Below are positions 12,520 through 24,260 of a stretch of 64,000 bases of DNA, piece after piece; the stretch's first letter is position 1, and each line of letters begins with the position of its first letter. The stretch covers positions 36,576,001 to 36,640,000 of the forward strand of contig CP068257.2 in NCBI GenBank assembly GCA_009914755.4, read 5' to 3'. Source of the stretch: the human T2T-CHM13v2.0 reference genome, Homo sapiens. The notes under the pieces were generated by a model, which had not been told where the DNA came from, made no database searches, and saw nothing but the letters and a program-made list of their open reading frames with translations. The position numbers were made by a program, and so were the translations under genes.

Positions 12520-13503
12520 CTAAGCCTCACAGCACCTCACTTCTCCTTGCTGGGAACCTGATGACTCAGGGGACCCCTGGTCCTTGTGGGCCTCTGTTGG
12601 CTGTACCTGAAGCAGCAGGAGCAAAGAACCCCTAGTAAAAGGCAGGAACTTGAACTCCATGTCAGCCAGGATCTGCCTACTGCAATCATCTTCTTTTCTT
12701 AGCTCCCGGAGCTTTCTCTCAGTGGACAGAACTGCCCTCCAGCTTTCCTGAGCTCTTTCCACACAGGCAAGAATCTCCTTCTGATAGAAGGAAGTGATTC
12801 TTTCCAATTCTTTGCTGATATTTTCAGCCATCTCCTTGTAGAGGCTGTGAATCTGCTGTGTGTATTCACATTTCTACACACGCTCAGAAGTTTCTTCTTC
12901 ATTTCTAACCTGTGTGTTTCCACCGCAGGTGATCTTCTCTGAAGTTGCGCTATGTGTTCTTGATGTGATTCAGGTAGGATTTGAAGCTTCAGCTGCAGGT
13001 TCTGGATCCCACCTGCAAGTTGGGAATTTTCAAACTGCAAAGACGCTTTCTCAGTTTGGAGATCTTTGATTTGTCCTGTGAGCTCTTCATTCATTGATTT
13101 TTTTTCCCACAATTGTCAAGCTATTTCTTGATTTTTCTTGACTTTCACAGAACACATTTAAGTCACCATCACCCAGGACGCTCTTCAGATGGCCTTCTGA
13201 CTGATAGTTGGGCGGGAGGGGCTGGGGCAGGCAGTCTTCATTTTCTGCTTTCCTCTTTAGCTGTACTTTCGAGTCCTCGTCACTGTGGTCCCTAGAGAAA
13301 TCTCCCAACTGCATGGTGTCCAGCAGGTTTTCAGCCATAGATTTTAATTGGCTCATGGTATCTTTCATGACCTGTTTTATTTGTGCATTCAAAGGTTTCC
13401 AGCTTTTCTTTCTCTCCTTCCTTTCCTGTACTGTCTGCTTCCATCTTGCAATTTCTTGGTCGAGCACTTCTGGACTTTCTGCTAAATGAGTGTTTTCATT
13501 CAA
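12520..13503 (-). pseudogene. Coiled-coil-like coding remnant: three consecutive minus-strand ORFs in different frames (13503-13087, 13112-12699, 12831-12520). Possibly a pseudo-exon of a duplicated gene family
   Basis: Nearly 1 kb of almost continuous open reading, with heptad-like charged and Leu-rich peptides ('...ELTGQIKDLQTEKASLQFENSQLAGGIQNLQLKLQ...', 'MAENISKELERITSFYQKEIL...'). There are two frameshifts. A degenerate paralog lies at 17140-17400 ('MAEDMNNELERITSFYQKEILFYEEELKKAGQQFC*'). I cannot assign a family. Confidence 0.3.
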
Positions 13504-15304
13504 ACTGTTATTTCCTTCTGAAGTTTTTCTCCATCCTTCTTTGATCCTTTTAAGATGTGTCCTGAATCAGTCACTTGAGAACATTTAGGAGACTCACTTT
13601 TCCATGCTTTTTCCAGAAAGCCGCCTGTGTCCTGCAGGGAAGACCTGCTCAGATTTGTATTAATGATTGACAAGCAGGGGGATTGTAATATTTAAGGTCT
13701 GTGGCAACTTGAGGGCTTCCTGGGTCTGTGTCTTTAGCCCAGTGTTCTGCCTGCCTTCTACATGGACCTCCTGAAGAGAACACCTTTTGTTCAGCTCTTT
13801 TCCTCTTCATAAAGTGCCTTGTTTCTTAATAATTAAGACCACACAGCAGTACAAACCAGGATCTCCCAGGGAGCCCTGGGGTTTATCTCATGATCTCAGC
13901 CTTCACCAGCTCTGTAGCCCCAGCAGCTCCAGAGCAGCTGGAGAGACATTTGGGGACCAGCAGCCCCTCTGTGGCTCTGCCTTTGCTTGCCAGTGGCCTG
14001 TGGGCCACAGCTGCCTACTCGGAACCCTGCGGAGCGTTCTGTCTCTAATGCTCACAAGTGCCTGGCAACCAGGATAGAAGATCAGTTGTGCTGGGGGAGG
14101 GGAGCCAGCCAGGTTGTAGAAACAGCATCCCTGACTTTGTTCTGCTAACTGTGCAGAGAGAGGTGATAGTCTCCGCCCAGGCCATGAGGGACCTGGAAAT
14201 GGCTGATGACACGGTGGAGCTCGGCCACACCAGGCCCAGCTGGCCCCACAGCAAACCAGAGGGTCCAAGTGGGTCCATGCCCTGTCCCTTCCTGTCCACA
14301 AGGGCCTCTCAGGGGACAGTGGTGGGGCCCATCCCTGGGTGAGGCTCAGTTTCCTGATTTCAAGTTTCCTTCCGCACAGGGAAGCTGGGTCCTGCCCACC
14401 AAGGTCCCAGGGATCCTCCTCTGAGGCCCCCTCTCTCCTTTGGGTTTAGTCAACGGAGAGGGAGATGGGGAGAGGACTGAAAGGTCTCCCCAAAGGTACA
14501 AGCTGAGAGACCTGGATTTGCAATGTAAGAACCCAGGAGAAATAAGTGGAACTGACGGGGTCTAAAATGTCACGGCTATTCTGTAAAGCAGGTTTGTCCC
14601 TGTTCCATCCAAGTGTCCTGAGTGAGCGGGACTCTGCTTCGAGGGTGTCAGGTTGACCCTGGCTCTTTCCCTTGTGTGGCCCTGCTATCTTTGGTACATG
14701 CCTCCCAAGGTGGCCCTGGGGACAGTCTCCAATCCACTGAGTCATCTTCAGAAGTCTGCATGCATCTGCAGAGGGGCAGGTCCTTCTCAGCCTGGATTCC
14801 ACTAAACCTCTTCCCCGGCAGAGTCAGGCTCAGAGCCTCCTCGTGCAGCCCTGGACTCTGCCGGGAGCAATTAGTCTCAGAATCTCGATCTGAGAGAGAA
14901 GCGAGCGAACTGGCAGCTGGGGCCAGTCTGGGGTCCTAAGGGTGTTGGGGTTCCAGACCCTCACAGGACATAGAGGGGCAGTGGAAGTGGCCCTCCCAGG
15001 AGAAGTCAGATCCCTTGCAGGGCCGCAGGACCCCAACTCTGCAAGGGCAACTGGTTGGTCTTTTAAAAGGATCAAAATGTGTTGAAGAAACGACAGTAAT
15101 GCCTAGAACACCAACCTGGCACTAAAATGAGTGAAACAGAGTTACAACCAGGGACCCGAGGAAGATCCAGGATATTTTGCTGAGTGAAATAGGAAGATGC
15201 AAAAGCACACATGTAGAGAGGAATCCACAAAAATCTCAAAGGACACGTACTCACTCCCTCCTTTGAAAGCAGAATTTGAAGAAGCAAAGAGGAGCTGCTC
15301 CCTG

Positions 15305-16045
15305 AGCTTCTCGCCTCTCCCTTCTCCTCCCTTCTCCCTTCTCCTCTCCCTTCCTCTCCCCTCTACTCCCCTCTCCTGGCTTCTCCTCTCCACTTCTCTC
15401 CTCTTTCCTCCTCTCTCCTCTCTTCTTCCCTTCTCTCTCTTCTCATCTCCTCCCTTCCCTTCTCGCCTCCCCTCCTCTCTCCTCTCCCCTCCTCCCCTCC
15501 CCTCTCCTCTCCCCTCCCCTCTCCTCTCCCCTCCCCTTTCCTCTACCCCTTCCCTCCTCCCCTCCTCTCCCCTCCTCTTTTCTCCTCTCCTCCCTTCCTC
15601 CCTCCCCTCCCCACTCCTACCTTCCTCTCCTCCTCCCTCCTTCCCTTTTTGCCTCCTTTCCCCTCGTCTCCCCTTCTCTCCCCTCCTCTCCCCTCCTTTC
15701 CCCTCCTCCTCCTTCTCTCCCCTTCTCTCCCTTCCTCCCCTCCTCTCCTCTTCCCTCCTCCCCTCTTCTTCCCTCCACTCCTCCCCTCCTCTCCCCATCC
15801 CCTCTCCCCCCTCTCCTCTTCCCTCCTCTCCCCTCCTCTCCCCTCCTCCCCTCTTCTTCCCTCCTCCCCTCCTCCCCTCCTCTCTACTCTCCCCTCTCCC
15901 CTCCTCCCCTCCTCTCTTCCCCTCTCCTCTCCCCTCCCCTCTGCCCTCCCCTCCTCTCTCCTCCTCCACTCCTCTCTCCTCTTCTTTCCTCCCCTCCTCT
16001 CCACCTCCTTCCCTCTGTCCTGTACTCTGCTCTCTCTTCTTCCAT
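15305..16045 (+). repeat. ~730-bp polypyrimidine (CT-rich, (CTCCC/CCTCT)n-like) low-complexity tract
   Basis: The plus strand is almost exclusively C and T. The overlapping 275-aa and 294-aa ORFs (EEGRG... and PLPSPP...) are translation artefacts of this tract. Confidence 0.95.
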
Positions 16046-16429
16046 GTTGTCTTTTCTTATATGTACTTTAAATATTTTTGATTTTGTTAATACAAGTACT
16101 GTGTATGCAATTCATACCTTTTTAGCAGACAGCTCACATGGACCCAAGTTGGGGTTAACATGCAGATTGTGCAGGGGTTCCCTGCGGATGCACCCCTGTG
16201 TGCCCTGATGTGGACCTGCTCCTTCCTGCTTCCTGGGCTCCAGACAGAAACACCGTACCCCTGCACCAGCCTCTGCCTCAGCTCTTCACAGTCAGCACAC
16301 CCTCCGCTTCCTGTCAGGGTGTTCTCTGCTGAGTCTGGTTATGGGATCCCTTTCTGTGCAGAGCCATGCTCCCGTGTCACTGTGTGTCACCTTCAAGCTG
16401 TCCCCGTGTGTATGCCTGTGTGAGAATAT

Positions 16430-17470
16430 GTGTGTGTGGGTTTGCCATCGAAGGAAAACCTTTATTTTGGCTGCTAACATTTGGAAACATTTAGAGAACA
16501 AACAATATCTTTTAAAAAACATCAAAGGTTCAAAAAAACAAGACAAGAAACAAACTGTTGTAAAATTTCAACTCCTCTAAATTTGTCTTAAATTGAACTT
16601 AGAACTAATCTAATAAAAATAGTATGAAGTTTCAATGGTGTGTTGTTGTTGTCTAGTATTTTTTGGCATTGTTTTTTAAAAACCAGTCAAAATTTATTCA
16701 GCTAAATATTACATTATTTGTACAGATTTATAATAATAGCTTACAGAAGTGAACTTTATTGTTTTCCATGTTTCTATTCATGTCCAATTTTGATGACAGT
16801 TTAAATCATAGTGGACCTGTTATTTAAATCAAAATATAATACTTATGCATATAATTTTAGAGGGTCCAATGATTTTGAAATAATGTATTCATAAGAGCTA
16901 TTTTAAATAAATGTATATTTAAAAATACAATTTTAGAAATTGTAGTACTATAAAACTTCAGAAAGAGAAATTGCACATCAATTAAATAACAGTAGCTTAA
17001 CTAGAAGATAAATGAAAATTACTTTTAAGGACGAAAACAAACAAATCATAAACTCTGAGTGAAACCTGCAGGTACCCCTGGATCCCTGAGCCTCACAGCA
17101 CCTGCCTCTTCCTTGCTGGGAACCTGATGACCCAGGGGGCCCCTAGTACTTCCACTCCTCTGTGAGCTGCGCCTGGAGCAGCAGGAGCAAAGGGGCTGCT
17201 TGGGAAAGGCTGGAACTTGAACTCCACATCAGCCATGATTTGCCTGTTGCCATCATTTTGTTGTTTTAGCTCATGGAGCTTTATCTCAGTCAGCAGAACT
17301 GCTGCCCAGCTTTCTTGAGCTCTTCCTCATAGAAGAGAATCTCCTTTTGGTAAAAGGAAGTGATTCTTTCCAATTCATTGTTCATGTCTTCTGCCATCTT
17401 CTTGTAGAAGTTGAAAATCTGCTGTGTGTAGTTCGTATTTCTGCACATGATGGGAAATTTCTTCTAGATT
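16430..17470 (-). repeat. Paralogous copy (block B) of block A (4480-4574 plus 11942-12900); lacks the L1 insertion
   Basis: Collinear similarity of roughly 75-85% by eye. For example 'gtgtgtgggtttgccatcgaaggaaaacc...acatcaaaggttc...' matches 4480-4574, and 'gagtgaaacctgcaggtacccctggatccctgagcctcacagcacctgcctcttccttgctgggaacctgatgacccagggggcccc...' matches 12490-12590. Confidence 0.6.
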
Positions 17471-18160
17471 TCTAAGCATAGAGGAACATAGTAATTTAAC
17501 AGGGAGATACAGAGTGAACACCCTTTTAATCAAATGATAAAATGATAAAAGTTAACATAAAAATATTAGGACAAGCTGACATCATGTACCTCTTGATATG
17601 ATGCACTGAAAAGAACACAACATTATTTCTATGATTTTCTGCCAATAATGCATAACCTGAATCTAACCATGAAGAAATAGCTGAGAACCCCAAGTTGAAG
17701 GGCATACCACAAGGTAACAGCCCATATTCTTCAAAACTATAAAGGTCAATAAAACGTAGAAAAGGCTGAATAATTATTTTGGAATTAAGGAGACCCAGGG
17801 GATGGGAGAGCCAAATGCAATACATGATGCTGGATTCTACCCTGGACCAGAAGAAAACTAGTTACAGATGAAATTATTTGGAAGACTCACAAAATTTAAA
17901 TATGGACAATGGATTAGGTAAGGATTGTGTCACTGTTAAATTCCAGTTTTGATCGTTGCATTCTGGTCAGGAAATGTCAAAATTTAGTGTCAGTGGGTTT
18001 AATAACTTCAACTTATTTCAAAACAAAGAGTTGCTAAAATTCTTCAACCATGATCCCTTCCTGACATTGTGGTCAAGCTATGTATGGCTCATGGTAGGTC
18101 TCTTCTCATTTTCTGGTGGGGTAGTTAATGTGAAAACACAGCAGGTAAAACCATCATAAA
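17470..18160. repeat. Unclassified old interspersed repeat that terminates block B
   Basis: The sequence character changes abruptly at 17470. The content ('...ggacaatggattaggtaaggattgtgtcactgttaaattccagttttgatcgttgcattctggtcagg...') resembles a mammalian-wide repeat consensus, but I cannot name it. Confidence 0.3.
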
Positions 18161-18424
18161 ACATCTTCAAGTTCTAACTTCCTTGAGTCTACCTATGTCT
18201 GAGAGTGTCCTCCAGGACATTTCAGGGAATATGGAGAACGTATTACTTGTGGATGTCCTTCTCCAATCAAGTCCTTCAATCCTTCTGTTCCTCCTGCAGT
18301 CTTCTTTCTGGCCAGTATGATGCCTGAACACACTCTGAGTCTAAAGAGCTTCTGGCACCTATGTTCTCTGCTGGCTTCCGTGAAAAGCTCTCTCTTTAAA
18401 TAGCCATAAACCTGGTAGCTTAAG

Positions 18425-18830
18425 ACAACTGAAATTTATTATTTTATAGTCCTCTAGACCTAAAGTCCCAAATCAAGGTGCCGGCCGGGCCATACTCCCT
18501 CTGAAGTCTCTAGGAAAAGGTTTTTCTTTGCTCCTTCCAGCTTCTGGTTGCTGTGAGCAATCCTGTCATTCCTTGGCTTGTGGCTGCACCCCTCCATTCT
18601 CTGTCTCCATCTTCCCATGGCCTTCTCTGTGTGCTTCTCTGTGTTCTCTAATCTATGGATACCAATCATGAATTTAGGGCCAATCGCAATACAGTACCCT
18701 CTCATCTTCATCCTTAACTAATTGCATCTGCAAAGACCTATTTCCAAATAAGGTCATATTCTGAGATTCCAGATGAACATGAACTTTTGGGGGCCATTAT
18801 CCAACCCACTACACCAGTCTTCACTGCCTC
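18425..18830 (+). repeat. MLT1-like MaLR LTR copy
   Basis: Contains '...tcccaaatcaaggtgccggccgggccatactccctctgaag...tccttggcttgtggctgcacc...ccatcttcccatggccttctctgtgtgcttctctg...atctgcaaagacctatttccaaataaggtcatattctgagattccagatgaacatgaacttttgggggcc', the same family as 340-700 and 23870-24260. Confidence 0.4.
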
Positions 18831-19976
18831 AATCAATTTCCATGGAGTTTCTCTGGATTATTTGAAAACCCCTAGCTTGGTTTTATTTCTCCTGGATTCC
18901 AAATTTTCCCTTTGAATAGGGCTCCTTCTCTCCACCCACAACTTAGAATTCTCTTCTCTCTGTCTCCTGTTCAACTTCCTTTTTCTTTATTCTGTATCTC
19001 ACAGAGACAGGCGGTATCCTTCCATACCCTTCCTTGGCTCCCAGGACCCACACCTGTTAAACATATGATGTGTCTCATATGTGGATTCTACCCAAGATCC
19101 TACAGAGGAAAGATTTGCTGGGACTGAGGTACGGTCCTAAAGAGTAAGTCAAGATCCTGCTCACAGACTCTCCAATTCTCATGGAGGACTGTGGCTTGTC
19201 AAGTAACTCAGAACCAGTGAATTTTTCTGTTCAACCCTATTCTAGTTATTTTGGCTCTAAGATAAAGAAAAATTAATTACTTGCATATTTGATCAACTGA
19301 AAAAATCCAGGCTGTATGTTTTGAGTCCTGATCAATTAGGACCACTTGCCTAAAGGAAACAATTTAATGATTTCCTTCACTTTAAAGTTGTGAAGAAATT
19401 CTGGCTGCCTTTCTCATTGCATCTTTATGAAGGCCAGACTTTATGAAAAAATAGTGATGATAGCAATAAGTCTGGAACTTGGTAATCGACAAAGCTCTGC
19501 TTTCGTGCTAAGTCTCAGGAGAGCTTTTCAGTACTCTATGAAGTATGGATTGGGCAGATCATCCTGCCAGCATTACAGACAGACGAGGAGACAATCATAC
19601 TGCTTTTGTTCTTGGACTGGCTCATAGTTTGGGCACAGGCATGATTAATTTGTTCATACCATTGTAAGACTCTTATCTCTAAAAGCACAAAGAGAACACA
19701 TCAGAAGTAGATCTTTACATGGAACAAAACCAACTAACCATTTTGCCCAAGGAGCGACTTTCTCATCTGTTTTTTTCTCATCTGTTTTTTTCTCAGTTTC
19801 CTTCTATTTCTATTTAAAAGGCAAGTTAAAAAAAAAAACAATAAGATAGCATAGTAGTGGAAAATAGCTCAGCCCTTACAGCAAGACATCCTAGGCTGAA
19901 TTCCATTTCTGCCACCTACTAACCTGATGAACTTGGGTAATTTCCTTAACCTCTCTGAGCCTCTGTTTATTCACCT

Positions 19977-20360
19977 GTGATATTGTTTGGCTCTGTGTCC
20001 CCACCCAAATCTCATCTTAAATTATAATCCCCACATGTCCAGGGAGGGACCTGGTGGGACATGATTGGATCATGGAGGCAGATTTCCCCTTTGCTGTTCT
20101 CATGATAGTGAGTGTGTTCTCATGAGATCTGATAGTTTTAAAAGTGCGGCACTTCCTTGCTCTCTCATTCTCTCTCTCTCCTGCTGCATTGTGAGATGTG
20201 CCTTGCTTCCCCTTTGCTTTCTGCCATGATTGTAATTTTCCTGAGGCCTCCCCAGCCATGTGGAACTGTGAGTCAATTAAACTTCTTTTCTTTATAAATT
20301 ACCCAGTCTCAGGTAGTATTTTCATATCAGTATAAGAATGCACTAATACAACCTGTAGTG
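19977..20360 (+). mobile_element. THE1/MST-like MaLR solo LTR
   Basis: Reads 'tgatattgtttggctctgtgtccccacccaaatctcatcttaaattataatccccacatgtccagggagggacctggtgggac...ttctcatgagatctgatagttttaaaagtg...cccagccatgtggaactgtgagtcaattaaacttcttttctttataaattacccagtctcaggtag...cactaataca', which matches the MaLR LTR consensus from start to end. Confidence 0.65.
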
Positions 20361-23300
20361 TGAACCTCAAAGTCAAGTTGAGAGGATTGAAGAAATGATG
20401 TAGATTATGTACCCTGTGTGACGCCTCTCATGTTATTCAGTGGTAGTTGGCTCCCTCTCCACACCTTCTTGGGAGATTCTAATTTTGTCGAAGGATCAGT
20501 CCTAGATCGCAGTGGCAGTGCTGACATTGCTGTAAACTTCAGGCCAATGTGGCAGCATACCATCTAGCCATATTGCAATGGAGAGGTCATGCAGGGGTAC
20601 TGTATGAATCAGTGCCCAGAGATAAAGGGGTGGTCTGTCCTCTGCTGCAAAGTAGGACAATGCTTGGTCTCCAGCTCTTCACCTCCTGGAAACTCACCCC
20701 CGTTTTGTGCTTGAATTCATGCTCTCTGAACAAGAGAAACTCATGTCATCTCTCTCATCCTGTAAAGCACTGCTGAGAACAATCATGCTAAAATAATTTA
20801 GAGAGAGAAAATGTTAAGCAAAGACTGTCAAAACAATACTCAAGAATACCAATAAGGAAGGCTGTTTTCAGTTAGCAAAATCTCCAACTAGGGGAGATTA
20901 AACAGCTCTTACAAAAGTGCGCGTTATACAACTATTTCATCACACGTTGAGAGCCAGCATCTCAGGATCCAGCCGTGAACCAACATCTGAAATACCTTTT
21001 CCCGTAATCCCCTTCATCCAAGAATAAACACTTTTAATGAAAGTCCCAAGAGGAAGTAAAAAAGAATTTGTTTTTCCAGTTTCTTTTAACAATCTTTCCT
21101 AAAATAGGGGGCTATTCTTGTTTGCACCTTCCTTATAACAGTTCAGTCAAATGTGGCCACTGCTACAGCTTCTAGCAAGTTCCCTGGGTGCAGAGAATTG
21201 GGAACTGGCACCTGCAAGACAAGCAGGCACCAGGATTTTGGGGGATTTTAATTTACTAACTACTCTTTATCCTTTTGGTGAGCTTGCATTTCAAACCTTG
21301 CCAAGAGACACATCTCCTTGAATTCTGCTGTCCTGTCTCAATGTGAAAGGCTTAAGAAGGATCATTTTGTTATTTCAAAACACTAGAGCAAATACTTCCA
21401 AGACTGTCTTGAAAAGTTCTTTGGAATTAACATCAAGCACTTACTATATAATGAAAGAGTCATGCATATACGATTGTTCTTTTAGCTGAGGAGTGTTTGG
21501 TAGTAATAATGGGAACAGAATTTGAGAGCCAGATTCTAAGCAGGAACGTAATAACAGACTTGAAGATAAAAAAAATATGGCTTTCCCTTAGCAGGAGGAG
21601 TTGTTGAAACCTGAAAAGCTCTGTTTATGGTTTTACCAGGAGCTTCTAACATCATGTAGAAAATGGATGTACAAATGTAATTAAACACAGTAACATGAAA
21701 CTGCGTGGAAAATTTGGCAGGGAATCATATTTTTTTCCTGATTATATAAGTAATACACATGTTCTTTGTGGAAAATATGGACATAAAAATATGGCATGTA
21801 GAAGAAAATTAAAATTATACAATTATACCACAAAATCATTTTCTGATGTATATATATTATTTTTCTAAAAAATTGTATTTATGCCCTATTCATATTTGTC
21901 CTGTTGCTTTTTGCTTTATGCTTAATTTAATCATATCTTTATATTGTAGTATGTGAACGGCTATCTCCCTAGGACACGTATTGCAAACATTGTTTTTCTT
22001 TAAGATCTAGAGTTTTATCTGAAACATTTATTTGAATCTTGCAATCCACTCCAAAACATACCCACATTTGTTTTACTATCAAATATGTAGCATATAAATA
22101 TAAAATGTAAACTGCATTGTAGATAAGTAAATATTATGTACATATAGACATAAAATATAAACTACAAAATTATAATATATAAAGCATATCAAAATAATAT
22201 TAATGAAATGTATGAAGCTGTACATAAATGAAAGATGCTATGTCCTCTTTAAAATTTTAATTTCATACCATTTAAACATATCTGCTTACCACATGCGTAA
22301 GAATTTCTTTGCCCAACTTGAAATAGCAACCTTAAAATATTCTATGTCACTGGAAAAAACTTGATGGCAATTTTTTATATACAACCCCACATGCACACAC
22401 ACCCACACGCAGAAGAACAACATCCATTTAGGGACTCCTTGGACAAAATTTCAAGTCTTGAAGAAGTAGGTTTACTCAAGCAAAACTAACCTCCTTTCCA
22501 AGTCTGGAATAGGTATGAGATGTCCTTTCACTAGATATAAATTTATCAATGTACAGAAAAACAAAATCGATGGGTCTCAATTTTTCACTGTAAAATTTCC
22601 TTCCTTAAATTTCATACAGTTTGGGCACCTGTTGTTCCTTGTTGGCCTGTAAGAAAATGAGTCACCATGTGCAAAAGATGAGCCATAGATCTGTTCAGAA
22701 ATAGTCACTCATGTTTGACATGACAGCTTGTTTTCCATATATTCTCTTGGTTGTTATTTTACATTGCATACATATAATAATAAAGTCATATTTTCTCCCA
22801 GCATGGCTTTCTAAGTGGAGTTAAATATATCAATATTTTATATCATACTTCACAGAGTGTCATGGCTTCCCATTTTGCCACCTGATCCAGACTGACAGTC
22901 ACCGCTGTAGGGGACCATACCATATACTTAGGCATGATAAAGGCCCATAGGTTGAAAGACAGAGAAGCATCCCTGACCCAGTAACTTACCATTTACTGGA
23001 GGAACGAGCCCAGCCTAGGCTGAAGAGCTAGTTGAGGAGGTGTCTCCACCACCCAACTCAACGAAGTCTAACATTTCACAGCTAGATCATCATTCCTTTG
23101 GCTTTAACCTGCAGAAATTGTATTGCTTCCCAAAATGCATATATAAGAGAGGTAAAGCCATACAATTTAATCAGTCATCTGCAATCGTGTTTCTCCAAAA
23201 GGGGTGGCCAGGCTGTCTGCATCAGTATCCTGGGGTAGGGAGGAGGAGGGTGGATGATTGATTGGAGATTTCTGAGTCCCATCATGAGAGATTCTTATTC

Positions 23301-23869
23301 TGTAGATCTGTGGAGGCCTCTGGGAGTCTTCATTTTAGCAAACATTCCAGGAAATTCCTGTGAACATTAGAATTTGAGAACCAATCATTTATACTCTGAA
23401 GTGAATGTACTTACGAATCCTTCCTTGAGAACAGAGGAGTTGCTTACTAATCTCTGGGGCGAATTCAGTGACCATCACTAACAGACAGAAAGAGGAATCT
23501 GGACAAAGCACAGGACAAACCTCACTTTTTCTGGAGTGGTCATCTATTAAGTGCTTTCTTGGAGAGGGTATAGTAATTGTATATTTCATATAAATACACT
23601 GTAGAAAGAGAAAAACAAATATTTAGATATTTGTGTCCCCTTCTGATTATCTACGAAGGGATTTACATGGCACAAATTAAATCTATCCACTCACCCTGAA
23701 GTTCTGTCCTTCCTTCAAGCAGGAGCCCCAGCAGAGTGGCCCAGGGCCAGCTGTTTTTAAGCAGCCTCTGAGAGCAACACAGCAGGTCCCACCCAGGAGA
23801 CCACAGAGCTATGGTGGGGGAAGCCACTTGCCTCCTGTATGAGTTCCCTGGGGTTGCTGTGACAAAGGA

Positions 23870-24260
23870 CACTGAGAGAGTGTCTCAGATAATGGACATT
23901 CATTGTCACACAGTTCTGAGGCTGGAAGTCCAAGATCAAGGTGCTAGCAGGGTTGGTTCCTTCTGACAGCAATGAAGAAGAATCTGTTCCTGGCCTCTTT
24001 TCTGGCTTCTGGTAGCCTTGGGCATTCCTTGGCTTGAAGGTGGTCATCTTCTTCCTATGTCTTGAAATCATCTTCCCTTCATGTGTCTGGCTCTGTGTCC
24101 AAATTTCCTCTTTTTGTAAGGATAGTGGTAATATTGGATTAGATCCCACCCTAATGGTCTTATCTTAAATTGATCATTTGCAAAGACTATTTCCAAACAA
24201 GATCTTATTCACAGGTACTGGAGATTAGGGCTTCAACATCTTTTGGGGGTCACGATTCAG
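23870..24260 (+). repeat. MLT1-like MaLR LTR copy
   Basis: Contains '...cacagttctgaggctggaagtccaagatcaaggtgctagcagggttggttccttctga...ggcattccttggcttgaagg...tccaaatttcctctttttgtaaggatagtggtaatattggattagatcccaccctaatggtcttatcttaaattgatcatttgcaaagactatttccaaacaagatcttattcacaggtactggagattagggcttcaacatcttttgggggtcac'. Confidence 0.45.

Noticed and set aside
13903-14424. Cluster of overlapping ORFs (132, 84, 94, 72 aa) in a GC-richer stretch, considered as a possible promoter or CpG island for the minus-strand coiled-coil ORFs
   Set aside because: I count only about 20 CpGs in ~1.6 kb at roughly 58% GC, an observed/expected ratio near 0.15, so it is not a CpG island. The ORFs overlap in multiple frames, which is typical of GC-rich non-coding DNA.
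15142-16081. The two longest ORFs in the window (275 aa on the minus strand, 294 aa on the plus strand), with further overlapping 140-aa and 153-aa ORFs
   Set aside because: They lie entirely inside the CT-rich polypyrimidine tract. The peptides are pure low-complexity (EEGRGEGR... and PLPSPPLS...). Every frame on both strands is open because the tract lacks stop-forming triplets. These are artefacts, not genes.
19741-19800. Tandem duplication 'ctcatctgtttttttct' x2
   Set aside because: A trivial slippage duplication with no further structure.
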